From the NCBI GenBank assembly GCA_963826425.1, contig CAWGWS010000002.1:40293-104292 (forward strand): 64,000 bases of DNA, given 5' to 3'. The DNA comes from an uncultured Cytophagales bacterium (GTDB lineage: Bacteria > Bacteroidota > Bacteroidia > Cytophagales > Spirosomataceae). Numbering within the stretch: the stretch's first letter is position 1; every line of letters begins with the position of its first letter. A program made the translations under genes and the position numbers. Below, piece after piece: positions 17,281-26,894 of the stretch. The notes beneath the pieces are model-generated. The model was not told the origin of the DNA and made no database searches. It saw nothing but the letters and a program-made list of their open reading frames with translations.

Positions 17281-19166
17281 TTCCGGCGCGAATGCTTTTG
17301 CTTGCGGTTCGCGTCGGGCTTCGGTGCATTATTTGGACTGCCCAGTAGTCGCTCAGCGAGGTCGGGGCGGTTGAGTTTGGCCAGGCGGCTCTTGATCCAG
17401 TCTTTGTGTTCGGGTTTGTACCAGAAGAAATACCGGTTCTGCGCCTGCTTCTCCTCGCGGGTTTTAACCGTTTTGACCGGCTTCAGCGTGTAGGGGTGCA
17501 CGCCGGTGTAGTAGATAACCTCGGCCACGGTCATGGGCGTAGGCGTAAAGTCCTGTACTTGCTCAAGCTGAAAACCCAGGTCTTTGGTCTCGGCGGCCAG
17601 GTTGGCCATGTCCTGCTCCTCGCAGCCGGGGTGCGAGGAGATGAAGTACGGAATCAGCGGCTGGTTCAGGCCAAATTTTGCCTGAATCTTATCGTACTTC
17701 TGCTTAAACAGCTTAAAATACTTGAACGACGGCTTTCGCATCACCCGCAACGTATCGTCGGCGGTGTGTTCGGGGGCTACCTTCAGCCGACCCGATACGT
17801 GGCGCGTAACGAGCTGCTCCAGATACTCGTCGTGGTTGCCGTCCTGGTTGTTCTTGTTGAAATCGTCAACCAGCAGATCGTACCGGACGCCGGAGCCGAC
17901 AAACGCTTTTTTGATGCCGGGCATCGCATCGACCTTCCTGTAAATCTCCGTCATCGGCTTGTGCGACGTGTCGAGGTTCGAGCAGATGACCGGGTGTATG
18001 CAGCTTGGACTCTGGCAGCGGGCGCAGATGGCCTCGTCTTTGCCCTTCATCTTGTACATGTTGGCCGATGGGCCGCCAAGGTCGGAGATGTAGCCCTTGA
18101 ACTCCGGGTGCTTCGTGATTTCCTCGACTTCTTTCAGCACCGATTTCTCCGACCGCGACGCAATGAACTTGCCCTGGTGGGCCGAAATGGTGCAGAAGCT
18201 ACAGCCGCCAAAACAGCCCCGGTGCATATTGACCGAAAACTTAATCATGTCGTAGGCCGGAATGGGCCCGCGCTTCTTGTACTTGGGGTGCGGCATGCGC
18301 GTGTACGGCAGATCGAACGACTGGTCGATTTCGGCTTCTTCCATCGTCTTGAACGGTGGGTTGATCACCAGCGTCTGCTTGCCGGTAACCTGAAGAATCC
18401 GGTTGGCCTGCCACTTATTCGACTCGACCTCCACGATTTTGAAGTTAGCCGCGTACTTGATTTTATCTTTCAGGCACACCTCATGGCTGGCCAGTTCGAC
18501 CGAGTTCCAGCCGTTGTAGTCGCGCAGTTCAGTGGTGTTGTCGTGCATGAACGCCACCTGATTGATGGTACGCATGGACGTGAACGGAACGCCTTTGCGG
18601 GCCAGTTTCAGAATCTCGCGCAGAGGCTGCTCCCCCATGCCATAGACCAGCATATCGGCCCCCGAATCGGCCAGGATAGACGGCATCAGGCGGTCCTGCC
18701 AGTAGTCGTAGTGCGTAACCCGGCGCAGGGAGGCTTCAATGCCGCCGAGCAGCACCGGCACGTCGGGGTAGAGTTCTTTCAGGATTTTGGTATAGACCGT
18801 ACTGGCGTAATCGGGCCGGAAACCGGCTTCGCCACCGGGCGTGTAGGAGTCGTTGGACCGTCGGCGTTTGTTGGCCGTGTAGTGGTTCACCATCGAATCC
18901 ATACAACCCGCCGTAACGCCGAAGAACAGATTGGGCCGACCAAACTTTTTGAAATCGCGGAGGTCGTCCTTCCAGTTGGGCTGGGCCACAATGGCCACCC
19001 GCAACCCCTCGCTTTCCATGATACGCCCAATAACGGCGGTGCCGAAGGAGGGGTGGTCGACATAGGCATCGCCCGAAACGAGCACAATGTCTACGCTGTC
19101 CCAGCCGCGCTTTTCAACTTCGTTCATCGTCAGCGGCATCCAGTCGGTAATCGGGCGTTCAATCAT
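17277..19166 (-). CDS. ygiQ: YgiQ family radical SAM protein (UPF0313)
   Basis: The N-terminus VDIVLVSGDAYVDHPSFG, the radical-SAM cluster region HRGCFGGCSFC, and a length of 629 aa are all typical of YgiQ. Confidence 0.9.
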   Translation of the reverse strand: MIERPITDWMPLTMNEVEKRGWDSVDIVLVSGDAYVDHPSFGTAVIGRIMESEGLRVAIVAQPNWKDDLRDFKKFGRPNLFFGVTAGCMDSMVNHYTANKRRRSNDSYTPGGEAGFRPDYASTVYTKILKELYPDVPVLLGGIEASLRRVTHYDYWQDRLMPSILADSGADMLVYGMGEQPLREILKLARKGVPFTSMRTINQVAFMHDNTTELRDYNGWNSVELASHEVCLKDKIKYAANFKIVEVESNKWQANRILQVTGKQTLVINPPFKTMEEAEIDQSFDLPYTRMPHPKYKKRGPIPAYDMIKFSVNMHRGCFGGCSFCTISAHQGKFIASRSEKSVLKEVEEITKHPEFKGYISDLGGPSANMYKMKGKDEAICARCQSPSCIHPVICSNLDTSHKPMTEIYRKVDAMPGIKKAFVGSGVRYDLLVDDFNKNNQDGNHDEYLEQLVTRHVSGRLKVAPEHTADDTLRVMRKPSFKYFKLFKQKYDKIQAKFGLNQPLIPYFISSHPGCEEQDMANLAAETKDLGFQLEQVQDFTPTPMTVAEVIYYTGVHPYTLKPVKTVKTREEKQAQNRYFFWYKPEHKDWIKSRLAKLNRPDLAERLLGSPNNAPKPDANRKQKHSRRK

Positions 19167-19330
19167 AATAGGCAGAATTGTCTATCTGCAAAACAGCGAA
19201 TGCCGCAAATAATTCACCCGCCCGCTGCCAAAGGCAATAATCTATCAGACAATTGCTTTCAATCTTCCGCCACGCCGGGCCGTTAGACCAAAGCCGGGGT
19301 GGCGGAAGCAACGTTTTGGAGCGCGCCTGC

Positions 19331-20638
19331 CTATTTCCGACCGGCGGTGGTTTTGCGACCGGGAGCCTGGTAGCTGATTTTGAACAGCGTACCGTTCAGA
19401 TCGTCTGTAACGTAGAGCGACCCATCGGGACCCTGGGCCAGCCCACAAGGACGGTGCTGCACGGGACCGGTGGGTTTCTCCAGATCGGTACCGGCAAAAT
19501 TATCGGCGAAGATCTCCCACGGGCCCGACGGTTTGCCGTTTTTGAAGGGCACAAACCCGACCAGATACCCTTTGTGCAACGCCTGCGACTGACCGTGGAA
19601 GGCAATGAACGCACCGTTCCGGTATCGCTCAGGAAAGGCCGTGCCGGTATAGAACAGCAGCCCGTTGGGGCCCATATGCGCCGGAAAAGTTGCGGCCGGA
19701 TCAATGGTTTTGGCCGTGCTCGTCTTTTTGCCATCGCCCCCGTATTCCGGGGCCAGCATCTTCTTTTTCTGGATGTGGTCGTAATACAGGTATGGCCAGC
19801 CCGCATCGTCGCCCTGATGCACTTCGTACATCGTTTCGGCGGGGAGTTCGGCGCTCTGCTTCGGGGTATAGTACTGGCCGTAAAAATCATCGAATGCACC
19901 GCGGCCGTGCTGCATCACAAACAACGAGTTGGTCTGGCTGTTCCAGTCGAGGCCAACTACGTTTTTCAGGCCGGTGGCGTAGCGCGTACCACTGGCAAAG
20001 GATTGGTTGAGTTCGTCGGCCTTAAACCGCCAGATTCCGGCGGCTGAATCCAGCAGGGGGCAGGGCATCATGCCTTTGCCCGTGCCCGGCTCCCGGCACC
20101 GGTCGTTGTCCGACGCAATGTTGACGTACAGGTTTCCCTGCCTGTCAATCGCAATGGACTTCGACTTGTCGCGGTCTTTTTCGCGCAGGCCCGACACCAG
20201 TTTTTCGGGCTGGTCGGGGGCAATAACGTCATGGCGGTCGTTGAGTTTATACCGGTAGATGCTGTTGTTGGACGATGCGTACAGATACCCGTTGTTGATC
20301 AGGATGCCCGTGCCGGGGTAATCGCCGAAGCCAACCCGCTCATCAATGACGCCATCGTTGTTGGTGTCGCGCAGGCGATAAATGCCTTTGCCGTCTTTCA
20401 GAGCGGCCAGCTTTACGTAGATGTCGCCGGTTTGGCTGATGGCAATGTGCCGGGCCGATCCCAGCTCCTGCGCCACGATCGTGGCCGAAAAACCCGCCGG
20501 GAGTTTAACAACCGCCGGATCAGCGGTCCGTTTGGGACCCGGTTTGGTGGGGGTAGTTGGTGTGGAAAAGCCCGTTGTGCTGTTGAGGGTCAGCAGCGCG
20601 GTAAGGAGACAGGCAACAGAACGAAGCGGTTTGTTCAT
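19331..20638 (-). CDS. PQQ-dependent sugar dehydrogenase (sorbosone/glucose dehydrogenase family), secreted
   Basis: It has a signal peptide and beta-propeller-like repeats with HGRGAFDD, GWPYLYYD and GLAQGPDGSLYVTDD, typical of soluble PQQ sugar dehydrogenases. Confidence 0.82.
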   Translation of the reverse strand: MNKPLRSVACLLTALLTLNSTTGFSTPTTPTKPGPKRTADPAVVKLPAGFSATIVAQELGSARHIAISQTGDIYVKLAALKDGKGIYRLRDTNNDGVIDERVGFGDYPGTGILINNGYLYASSNNSIYRYKLNDRHDVIAPDQPEKLVSGLREKDRDKSKSIAIDRQGNLYVNIASDNDRCREPGTGKGMMPCPLLDSAAGIWRFKADELNQSFASGTRYATGLKNVVGLDWNSQTNSLFVMQHGRGAFDDFYGQYYTPKQSAELPAETMYEVHQGDDAGWPYLYYDHIQKKKMLAPEYGGDGKKTSTAKTIDPAATFPAHMGPNGLLFYTGTAFPERYRNGAFIAFHGQSQALHKGYLVGFVPFKNGKPSGPWEIFADNFAGTDLEKPTGPVQHRPCGLAQGPDGSLYVTDDLNGTLFKISYQAPGRKTTAGRK

Positions 20639-20684
20639 GGATGATCGGGTTTAACTCTGCATTAAAAACACGATCATCCATGAA
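20634..20684 (-). promoter_or_regulatory. Perfect 14-bp inverted repeat able to sequester the start codon of the PQQ dehydrogenase mRNA
   Basis: TTCATGGATGATCG (20634-20647) and CGATCATCCATGAA (20671-20684) are exact reverse complements separated by 23 nt. The gene's ATG (20638-20636 on the minus strand) lies inside the 3' arm of the RNA hairpin. Confidence 0.45.
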
Positions 20685-21106
20685 TACTACCCGGCAACCG
20701 GGCTTGTTTTCCTGCTCACCGGCGCGAACGGACCGCATGCTAAAGCCCGGCAAACTGGCACTGACTGCAGCCCGTGGGTACAGGTTTACCCCCTGTAACA
20801 ATACCGACACCTGAATGGATTGCTCGTTGAGGTGAAGATCCTGCTTATGATTCTTATCCTACACCAAGTTTTCAAAATCCTGCTTCGAGCTAAACTGGAC
20901 CAGATGTATCTCGCAGGACTTATCAACTGTGGTTACCTATCGCGCAGGGTACCGCTTTTAAGCAGTATTCTGCGGCACCCTTGATGCTCCCGCTAGTTCG
21001 GGGTTGAGTGCCGTGTGTAGCTGCACCGTAATTTGCCTGGATGGTTAGGCGCCGGGTGGATTTTGCTTGGTGGCCGGTCAGGCTGATGGCCGTATTCTGC
21101 GCTAAC

Positions 21107-22522
21107 TCATGCCGTTGCCGGTTCGGTTTCGGCTGTAGCAACCGGATTGTTTTGTGCTGCCCATTCGTTCATGCTGCCCGAGAAGTTCTTTACGTTGGTG
21201 AAGCCATTGCGGGCCAGGATCGAGTAGCCAATGGCAGCCCGGTCGCCCCCCTGACAATAGATGACTACGGGCTTGTCGCGGCTGATTTTGTCGAGGTTCC
21301 GGTCGAGCGTGCCGATGAAAACGTTTTCAGCGCCCTCAACATGACTGGCGTTATACTCCGATGCGCCACGTAGATCGACAACCTGCACATCGTCGCGATT
21401 TAGGTATGTTTTAAACGTATCCAGCCCGATGATATCGCTGGTCTCCAGCTCTACTCCCAGCGTTGTCACGTCATCAATGTATCCCAGCACCGTGTCCAGA
21501 CCAATTCGCATGAGTTTACGGGTGAGGTCATCCATCTGATAATCAGTAGCTACCAACATAAAGGGCTCACCGTAGGTCATATACCAGCCCATCCAGGTAG
21601 CAAAAGCGTTGTTCCCCTGAATGTTCAGACTACCCGGCACAAAACCCTGGGCAAAGTCTGCTTTGTTACGCGTATCAATCAGTTTCACGCCCTGGCTCAG
21701 GGCCGTTTTGACCGCATCGGCGCTGAGTTTTTGTTGGGTGGGTACACTCGTCAGCAGCGGACGGTCTGTCTTGTTGAGCGTCTTCATCATGGCGAAATAC
21801 CGGGGTGGCTCAGGCTGGCCGGCCAGGAGGTACTGCACAAAACCCGGCTCGTCATCCTCGTACTGAAAGGCCCAGTTCCGAATCTTTTCGTAGCCAACCG
21901 TAGTGCTGGCAACCGCCCCGAGGGCTTTGCCACAGGCCGACCCGGCCCCGTGACCCGGCCATACCTGAACATAATCAGGTATGTTGCGGAACGCCCGGAG
22001 CGACTGATACAGCTGATGAGCCCCCTGTTTCTGGGTGCCGGTCAGACCGGCCGCTTTCTCCAGCAGGTCGGGACGGCCAACGTCGCCCACAAAGACAAAG
22101 TCACCGGTAAAGAGCATGACTGGCTTCTGAGTCGCGGGTGTATCAACCAGCAGGAAACTAATACTCTCGGGCGTATGACCAGGCGTGTGCATAACCATCA
22201 GGCTGAGGTTGCCCACTGTAATTACGTCGCCGTCCTTCAAGCCCACATGGTCGAACGCATAGGCCCAGTCAGCACCGCCCTCGTCGGAAAGGTACATCGC
22301 GGCTCCGGTAAGGGCTGCCAGCTCGCGCGACCCCGCCAGGAAGTCGGCATGAATGTGGGTTTCGGCAATGTGAGTGATTCGCAGGCCGTTCTGGCGGGCT
22401 ATGTCAACGTAGGTATCCACATCCCGTTTGGCGTCGATAACAATCGACTCGCCGGTTTTCTGGCAACCAATCAGGTAGCTGCCCTGCGCCAGACTCTTGT
22501 CATATATGTGCTGAAAAAACAT
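21107..22522 (-). CDS. MBL-fold persulfide-dioxygenase-like domain fused to rhodanese domains
   Basis: The N-terminal metallo-beta-lactamase motif THIHADF and HTPGHTPES are followed by two rhodanese-like modules. The last carries the active-site loop YCQGGDRA. Confidence 0.87.
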   Translation of the reverse strand: MFFQHIYDKSLAQGSYLIGCQKTGESIVIDAKRDVDTYVDIARQNGLRITHIAETHIHADFLAGSRELAALTGAAMYLSDEGGADWAYAFDHVGLKDGDVITVGNLSLMVMHTPGHTPESISFLLVDTPATQKPVMLFTGDFVFVGDVGRPDLLEKAAGLTGTQKQGAHQLYQSLRAFRNIPDYVQVWPGHGAGSACGKALGAVASTTVGYEKIRNWAFQYEDDEPGFVQYLLAGQPEPPRYFAMMKTLNKTDRPLLTSVPTQQKLSADAVKTALSQGVKLIDTRNKADFAQGFVPGSLNIQGNNAFATWMGWYMTYGEPFMLVATDYQMDDLTRKLMRIGLDTVLGYIDDVTTLGVELETSDIIGLDTFKTYLNRDDVQVVDLRGASEYNASHVEGAENVFIGTLDRNLDKISRDKPVVIYCQGGDRAAIGYSILARNGFTNVKNFSGSMNEWAAQNNPVATAETEPATA

Positions 22523-22643
22523 AGTAGTGGGTGTTTTGGATGGTTCTGTATGGTATGAATCAAAGGTAGCCCTATGCCGGTGGTCAGTCAGTGACTTTCA
22601 TCACCCAGCTGAGTGCAGTCCGGCAGCCCGGTTGTGTCGTACC

Positions 22644-22690
22644 AAAAAAAACGCCCGAACCTCAACCCGGCTGGGCTGAGGTTCGGGCGT
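22644..22690 (-). terminator. Intrinsic terminator of the lipoprotein gene
   Basis: ACGCCCGAACCTCA (22651-22664) pairs with TGAGGTTCGGGCGT (22677-22690). On the minus strand the hairpin is followed by a run of 8 U (complement of the A-run 22644-22651). Confidence 0.72.
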
Positions 22691-22716
22691 TGGCCGAAGG
22701 AGCAGGCACTGAACTG

Positions 22717-23724
22717 TTACTGATACTGAATATACATCGGCACCGGATCGAGGTTCAGCACTTCTTTGGGAGTCATGATGCGGGAGCCGGGCTTGCGGAA
22801 GTCGTTGTCGTAGAACAGCTTGAAGCCTGCGTACTGTACCGGCTCTTTCTTGATATAGGCCAGATACGAATCTTTCTTGAGTACCGGCGGACCCCAGCCG
22901 TCCATATCCATCACGATCTGCACGTTGGGATCGAGCTTGATGTTTTTATAGTTCTTAATCATACCCTGCGTGAAGCGGTGCACTACCAGCACCTTGGGCG
23001 GCAGGTTGTTCTCTTTCGATACTTTGCTCAGAAACTGTACGGCCTGATTAACATCAGCGGCATCGTAGGAGCCGATTTTAGCACCGGGCCGCGCACCCGT
23101 CACCATCGAGAACTCAGGGTCAATGCCCAGGTGGACGAAGGGTAATTTCAGGTATTTTTCCAGGTACTTCATCTCGGGGCCGAGGGGGGCATGCCCGCGT
23201 TGAATGTCCAGAAATACCAGGGCGTTGTGTTCATTGCCCCACCGGATCACCTTTTTGATGGTCTTGTCGGACATACGCAGCCGGTAGCCACCGTCTTTGC
23301 CGGGGCTGCCCTGTGCCGTAATAGCTACCAGGTGCAGGGCGGGCTGGATGGGTGTATTTGTGGTATCGGCTTTCTCCCAGTTTTTGATTTCCTGGTCTAA
23401 CCGACGTAACATCTCTGCTTTCTCATATTTACCCAGAATACCCATTTTTTTGGAGTGGGGGTTGCCGTAGTATGCAAAGATGCGGTGTTTGGGTAAAATG
23501 GCCCCGGTGGGATTATAGGTCATCGAGTCAAGCGTCGAGTCGCCGGTAGAAACCGACCGAACGGCGGGCGCGGCCGAGGCTACGGGCCTTTCGGTGCTGT
23601 CTGCAGAAGGGGCCGCCGTGGCCTCGGTGGTAAGGCCGGTTGTTTTGGCGGATTTTGAATCGGAGGAGCAGCCGGTTAGCTGACTAAGGGCCAGCAATGA
23701 AGCCGCGGCCAGAAATAAACGCAT
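22717..23724 (-). CDS. Hypothetical lipoprotein
   Basis: Lipobox-type signal MRLFLAAASLLALSQLTGC, followed by a Ser/Thr/Ala-rich linker and a globular domain of about 260 aa. Family not recognised. Confidence 0.7.
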   Translation of the reverse strand: MRLFLAAASLLALSQLTGCSSDSKSAKTTGLTTEATAAPSADSTERPVASAAPAVRSVSTGDSTLDSMTYNPTGAILPKHRIFAYYGNPHSKKMGILGKYEKAEMLRRLDQEIKNWEKADTTNTPIQPALHLVAITAQGSPGKDGGYRLRMSDKTIKKVIRWGNEHNALVFLDIQRGHAPLGPEMKYLEKYLKLPFVHLGIDPEFSMVTGARPGAKIGSYDAADVNQAVQFLSKVSKENNLPPKVLVVHRFTQGMIKNYKNIKLDPNVQIVMDMDGWGPPVLKKDSYLAYIKKEPVQYAGFKLFYDNDFRKPGSRIMTPKEVLNLDPVPMYIQYQ

Positions 23725-23829
23725 GTCAGAAAAGAATAAAGAGCGAAAACGCGAACAATAAAAAATAAGCGACTACAAAGAAACTATCTTAAACTCTACT
23801 CTGCAAGTATGGAAGGCTAATGCGGGATT

Positions 23830-24450
23830 TTAAACCAGAAATTCGCCCAGGCCCTGCCGGACAATCGTAAACTCGTCGGTAGTGGCATCTATAATGGTCG
23901 AGGCTACATTGCCGCCGTACCCGCCGTCGATCACGATATCGACCAGATTGCCGAATTTTTCGTAAATCAGTTCCGGGTCGGTCGAATATTCAATGATCTC
24001 ATCTTCATCGCGGATGGAGGTGGTAATGATCGGGTTCCCGAGCTGATGGACAATCTGCCGGGGAATGTCGTTGTCCGGCACCCGGATGCCTACCGTTTTC
24101 TTATTGGTATTCAACAGTTTGGGTACGTGGGTCGTGGCATCCAGCAGAAACGTGAACGGCCCCGGCAACAGGCGCTTCATCACTTTAAAGGCCTGGTTCC
24201 CCACGCGGGCGTAGTCAGCAATATGGCTCAGGTCGTAGCAAATAAACGAGAAGTCGTTCTTGTTGGGTTTGATCCCCTTAAGGCGGGCCACGCGCTCAAC
24301 GGCACGGGCGTTATGGATGTCGCAGCCCATACCATAGACTGTATCGGTCGGGTAGATAATGACGGCACCACCGCGCAGGGCCTTCACGATCTGCTCAATC
24401 CGGCGCGGGTCCGGCTGTTTGGCATACAATTTGATGAACTCGGCAGGCAT
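23830..24450 (-). CDS. tsaC: L-threonylcarbamoyladenylate synthase (TsaC/YrdC/Sua5 family)
   Basis: [33 protein letters not shown] and a size of about 206 aa fit this family. Confidence 0.88.
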   Translation of the reverse strand: MPAEFIKLYAKQPDPRRIEQIVKALRGGAVIIYPTDTVYGMGCDIHNARAVERVARLKGIKPNKNDFSFICYDLSHIADYARVGNQAFKVMKRLLPGPFTFLLDATTHVPKLLNTNKKTVGIRVPDNDIPRQIVHQLGNPIITTSIRDEDEIIEYSTDPELIYEKFGNLVDIVIDGGYGGNVASTIIDATTDEFTIVRQGLGEFLV

Positions 24451-24516
24451 ACTTTTTTTGCTGGCAGTTAGTAGTGAACAGCAGGCAGGGCCATTCTGTT
24501 TATGGCAGACGACTCC

Positions 24517-25551
24517 CTATTTACCGAAAACTGGCAGCTGCTTACCCAAAGCAGACGACCGGTAAAGGCGGTAAAGACCGCTGATGGGCAGTTGGTACCG
24601 GCTCAGCAATAACACGAATGATGTCAGGGCGTCTGGCTGTTCAATGTGGGTCAGCAGCTGACCAAACTGCCGGGCCAGACCATACTGTTTGGTATAATAT
24701 GCCTTACGAATAAACCGGCGAATACGCCCGGCCAGCGCCTGGTACTCATCCCTGGTGAGGCAGGCGTCATACGCTTTCTGGCACACCACCATCGACGATT
24801 GCAGGAGAACATTGTGCGGCAGCAGCACCCGCGCAGAAAGCGAGCCGGGCACATTCCGCTTCAGCGTGAGCACCTCGTCCAGATACGCGTAGTGGTATTG
24901 CCTCGACGAGCGGACCCAAAAATCGAAGTCTTCGTACGCCAGAGCCTCGTCGTAGCCCCCCAGTTCCAGCAGCACATCACGGCGCATCATCATGGTGGGC
25001 GTGCAGATGAAGTATGACTCCAGTACGTTCCGAAACACATTGCCCGACGGGACGACTTTTTGCGCACGCCCCTGATTATCAACGGTGTAGTGTGTACGCA
25101 GGCGCGTGCCCCGCACATCGATATAGGCCGCATTGGAGAAGACAACGGCGTAGGGACCGGCTAATTCTTCGAACAGCGCCACCTGTTTGCGGATACGATC
25201 CGGCAGCAGCACGTCATCGGCAGAGAGATCAATCATGTATCGCCCGCCCGCCCGGGCCAGTCCCTGATTAAAGGCCCGGTTCAGGCCCACGTTGTGTGGG
25301 TTCTGGATAAACTGAATGGCCGGAAACCGGTCCCGAAGCGCGCCGATACGCCCGGCAGTATCGTCCGTGCTGGCGTTGTCAGTCACAATCAACTCGATAT
25401 TGGGGTAGTCCTGATTCAGGACCGACAGGATGGCTTCCTCAACAAAATCCTGGTGGTTGTAGGCGGTACAGATAACACTGACCCAGGGCATAATCCGGTT
25501 CAGGAACGGACTCATGGGTAACAGGTTGGATTGGCCGGTAACAGAAATCAT
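24517..25551 (-). CDS. Glycosyltransferase family 2
   Basis: VSVICTAYNHQDFVEEAILSVLNQDY and the DxD region LSADDVLLPD are present. The start is uncertain: in-frame ATGs lie at 25551, 25515 and 25491, and the last gives the typical MPWVSVI N-terminus. Confidence 0.85.
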   Translation of the reverse strand: MISVTGQSNLLPMSPFLNRIMPWVSVICTAYNHQDFVEEAILSVLNQDYPNIELIVTDNASTDDTAGRIGALRDRFPAIQFIQNPHNVGLNRAFNQGLARAGGRYMIDLSADDVLLPDRIRKQVALFEELAGPYAVVFSNAAYIDVRGTRLRTHYTVDNQGRAQKVVPSGNVFRNVLESYFICTPTMMMRRDVLLELGGYDEALAYEDFDFWVRSSRQYHYAYLDEVLTLKRNVPGSLSARVLLPHNVLLQSSMVVCQKAYDACLTRDEYQALAGRIRRFIRKAYYTKQYGLARQFGQLLTHIEQPDALTSFVLLLSRYQLPISGLYRLYRSSALGKQLPVFGK

Positions 25552-25815
25552 ACGGGAGCGGGGCGAGTCTGCACGGTAGGCATCGCGCTGGTAGGAAACA
25601 GATTTTGCTGTGGCTACACAAAACTACATACCCGTTATGACCCAACCCCCATAATCTTTAGCGAACGGAAAATGTGATGGTCGGTACGGGCAACCCCTGA
25701 AACTGGCACGGTTTTTACCCTGAATACGCCGAACTGGTTGCGGACGAATGCCAGCAATGGCTACGTCTTCGGCTGGTGCTATTACATTTATGGGTTAGGG
25801 TTCACAAACGTCACT

Positions 25816-26769
25816 TCATTTCTTGGAAGTGGCGTTTGTTGTTTTCCCGGCCACAGTAGGGTGTTTGTCGCCTGCCAGATTGAATAAGGCTACGTTCATT
25901 TCAAAGCCCATGATCAGCAGCAGTGAAATCAGGTTGATCCAGATCATCAGCGCAATCAGTGTTCCAATCGAACCGTATAATTTGTTGTACGACCCGAAGT
26001 TGGATACGTAATACGAAAAGCCGAGCGTGGTCAGGACAATCAGGACCGACGCCGTTACGGAACCGGGATTTACGAATTTCCACTTCATGTCGATATTCGG
26101 CCCGAACCGGTAAATGACCGAGATGGCCGCCACAAACACCGCAAACACGAGCAGATACCGGGCTACGGCCAGTAGATTAACCACCAGTACGTTGTTCAGA
26201 ATGCCAAATTTCAGCAGGTACTCACTCACCACCCCGCCTACAATTAAAACGACAATGGCCAAAATCAGGGCGATGGCCAGAGTAAAGGTCAGGCCTACTG
26301 CTACTCCCCGTATTTTGAAAAAACTACGGTTGTCCTCCACCGTCTGCGACGAGTTGAAGGCGTTCATCAGGGCAACCAGCCCACTCGTGGCCGAAAAAAT
26401 AGCCAGCAAAAAACCCAGCGACAACACGCCCCCCCGCGGCTGGCTGATGATGTCGAGCAGCGTAGTTTTGACCGTCGAGAACGTATCGCCGGGTAGTACC
26501 CGACTCATAAAGTCCATGATGCGTTCCTGAAGGTTGTTGATTGGAATATAAGGGATAAGCGTGAACAGGAAGATGACGGTAGGAAAAACGGCCAGAATCA
26601 GGCTGTATGACACCGACGCAGCGCGTTCACTGATGTCGTTCTCGGCAATCCTGATCGTCATCTTCTTCAGAAACTCGTACCAGGTCGTCTTGGAATGAAA
26701 CGGGTGGTGGTCGCGCAGCCAGACACGGGTGCCGCTCAGCGCATCGAGACTCATTAGTTTATCGAACAT
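25816..26769 (-). CDS. YihY/BrkB family membrane protein
   Basis: ASVSYSLILAVFPTVIF, YGSIGTLIALMIWINL and about 6 TM helices. I took the internal ATG at 26769 (MFDKLMSL...) over the ORF-track start at 26883. Confidence 0.85.
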   Translation of the reverse strand: MFDKLMSLDALSGTRVWLRDHHPFHSKTTWYEFLKKMTIRIAENDISERAASVSYSLILAVFPTVIFLFTLIPYIPINNLQERIMDFMSRVLPGDTFSTVKTTLLDIISQPRGGVLSLGFLLAIFSATSGLVALMNAFNSSQTVEDNRSFFKIRGVAVGLTFTLAIALILAIVVLIVGGVVSEYLLKFGILNNVLVVNLLAVARYLLVFAVFVAAISVIYRFGPNIDMKWKFVNPGSVTASVLIVLTTLGFSYYVSNFGSYNKLYGSIGTLIALMIWINLISLLLIMGFEMNVALFNLAGDKHPTVAGKTTNATSKK

Positions 26770-26894
26770 GGGTGAAGGGGTATATGGTGCAGGAGCGATA
26801 AAAGGAATAAGGGGGTAAAGACGTAGGAAAAGACAGCTTATCTTTCCAGATTCCTTTACCCCTGTATTGTCTTGCTCGTTCACCTCTTTTTAAC

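Noticed and set aside
17406-19286. 626-aa ORF on the + strand, entirely antisense to ygiQ
   Set aside because: It is a shadow ORF of a GC-rich gene. The composition is Arg/Gly/Val/His-rich with no motifs, whereas the opposite strand encodes an unmistakable YgiQ protein.
19264-19308. 10-bp stem (CTTCCGCCAC / GTGGCGGAAG) after the PQQ dehydrogenase stop, as a terminator
   Set aside because: It has a long 25-nt loop and no U-tract on the minus strand. That is too weak to call, although it may still contribute to 3'-end formation.
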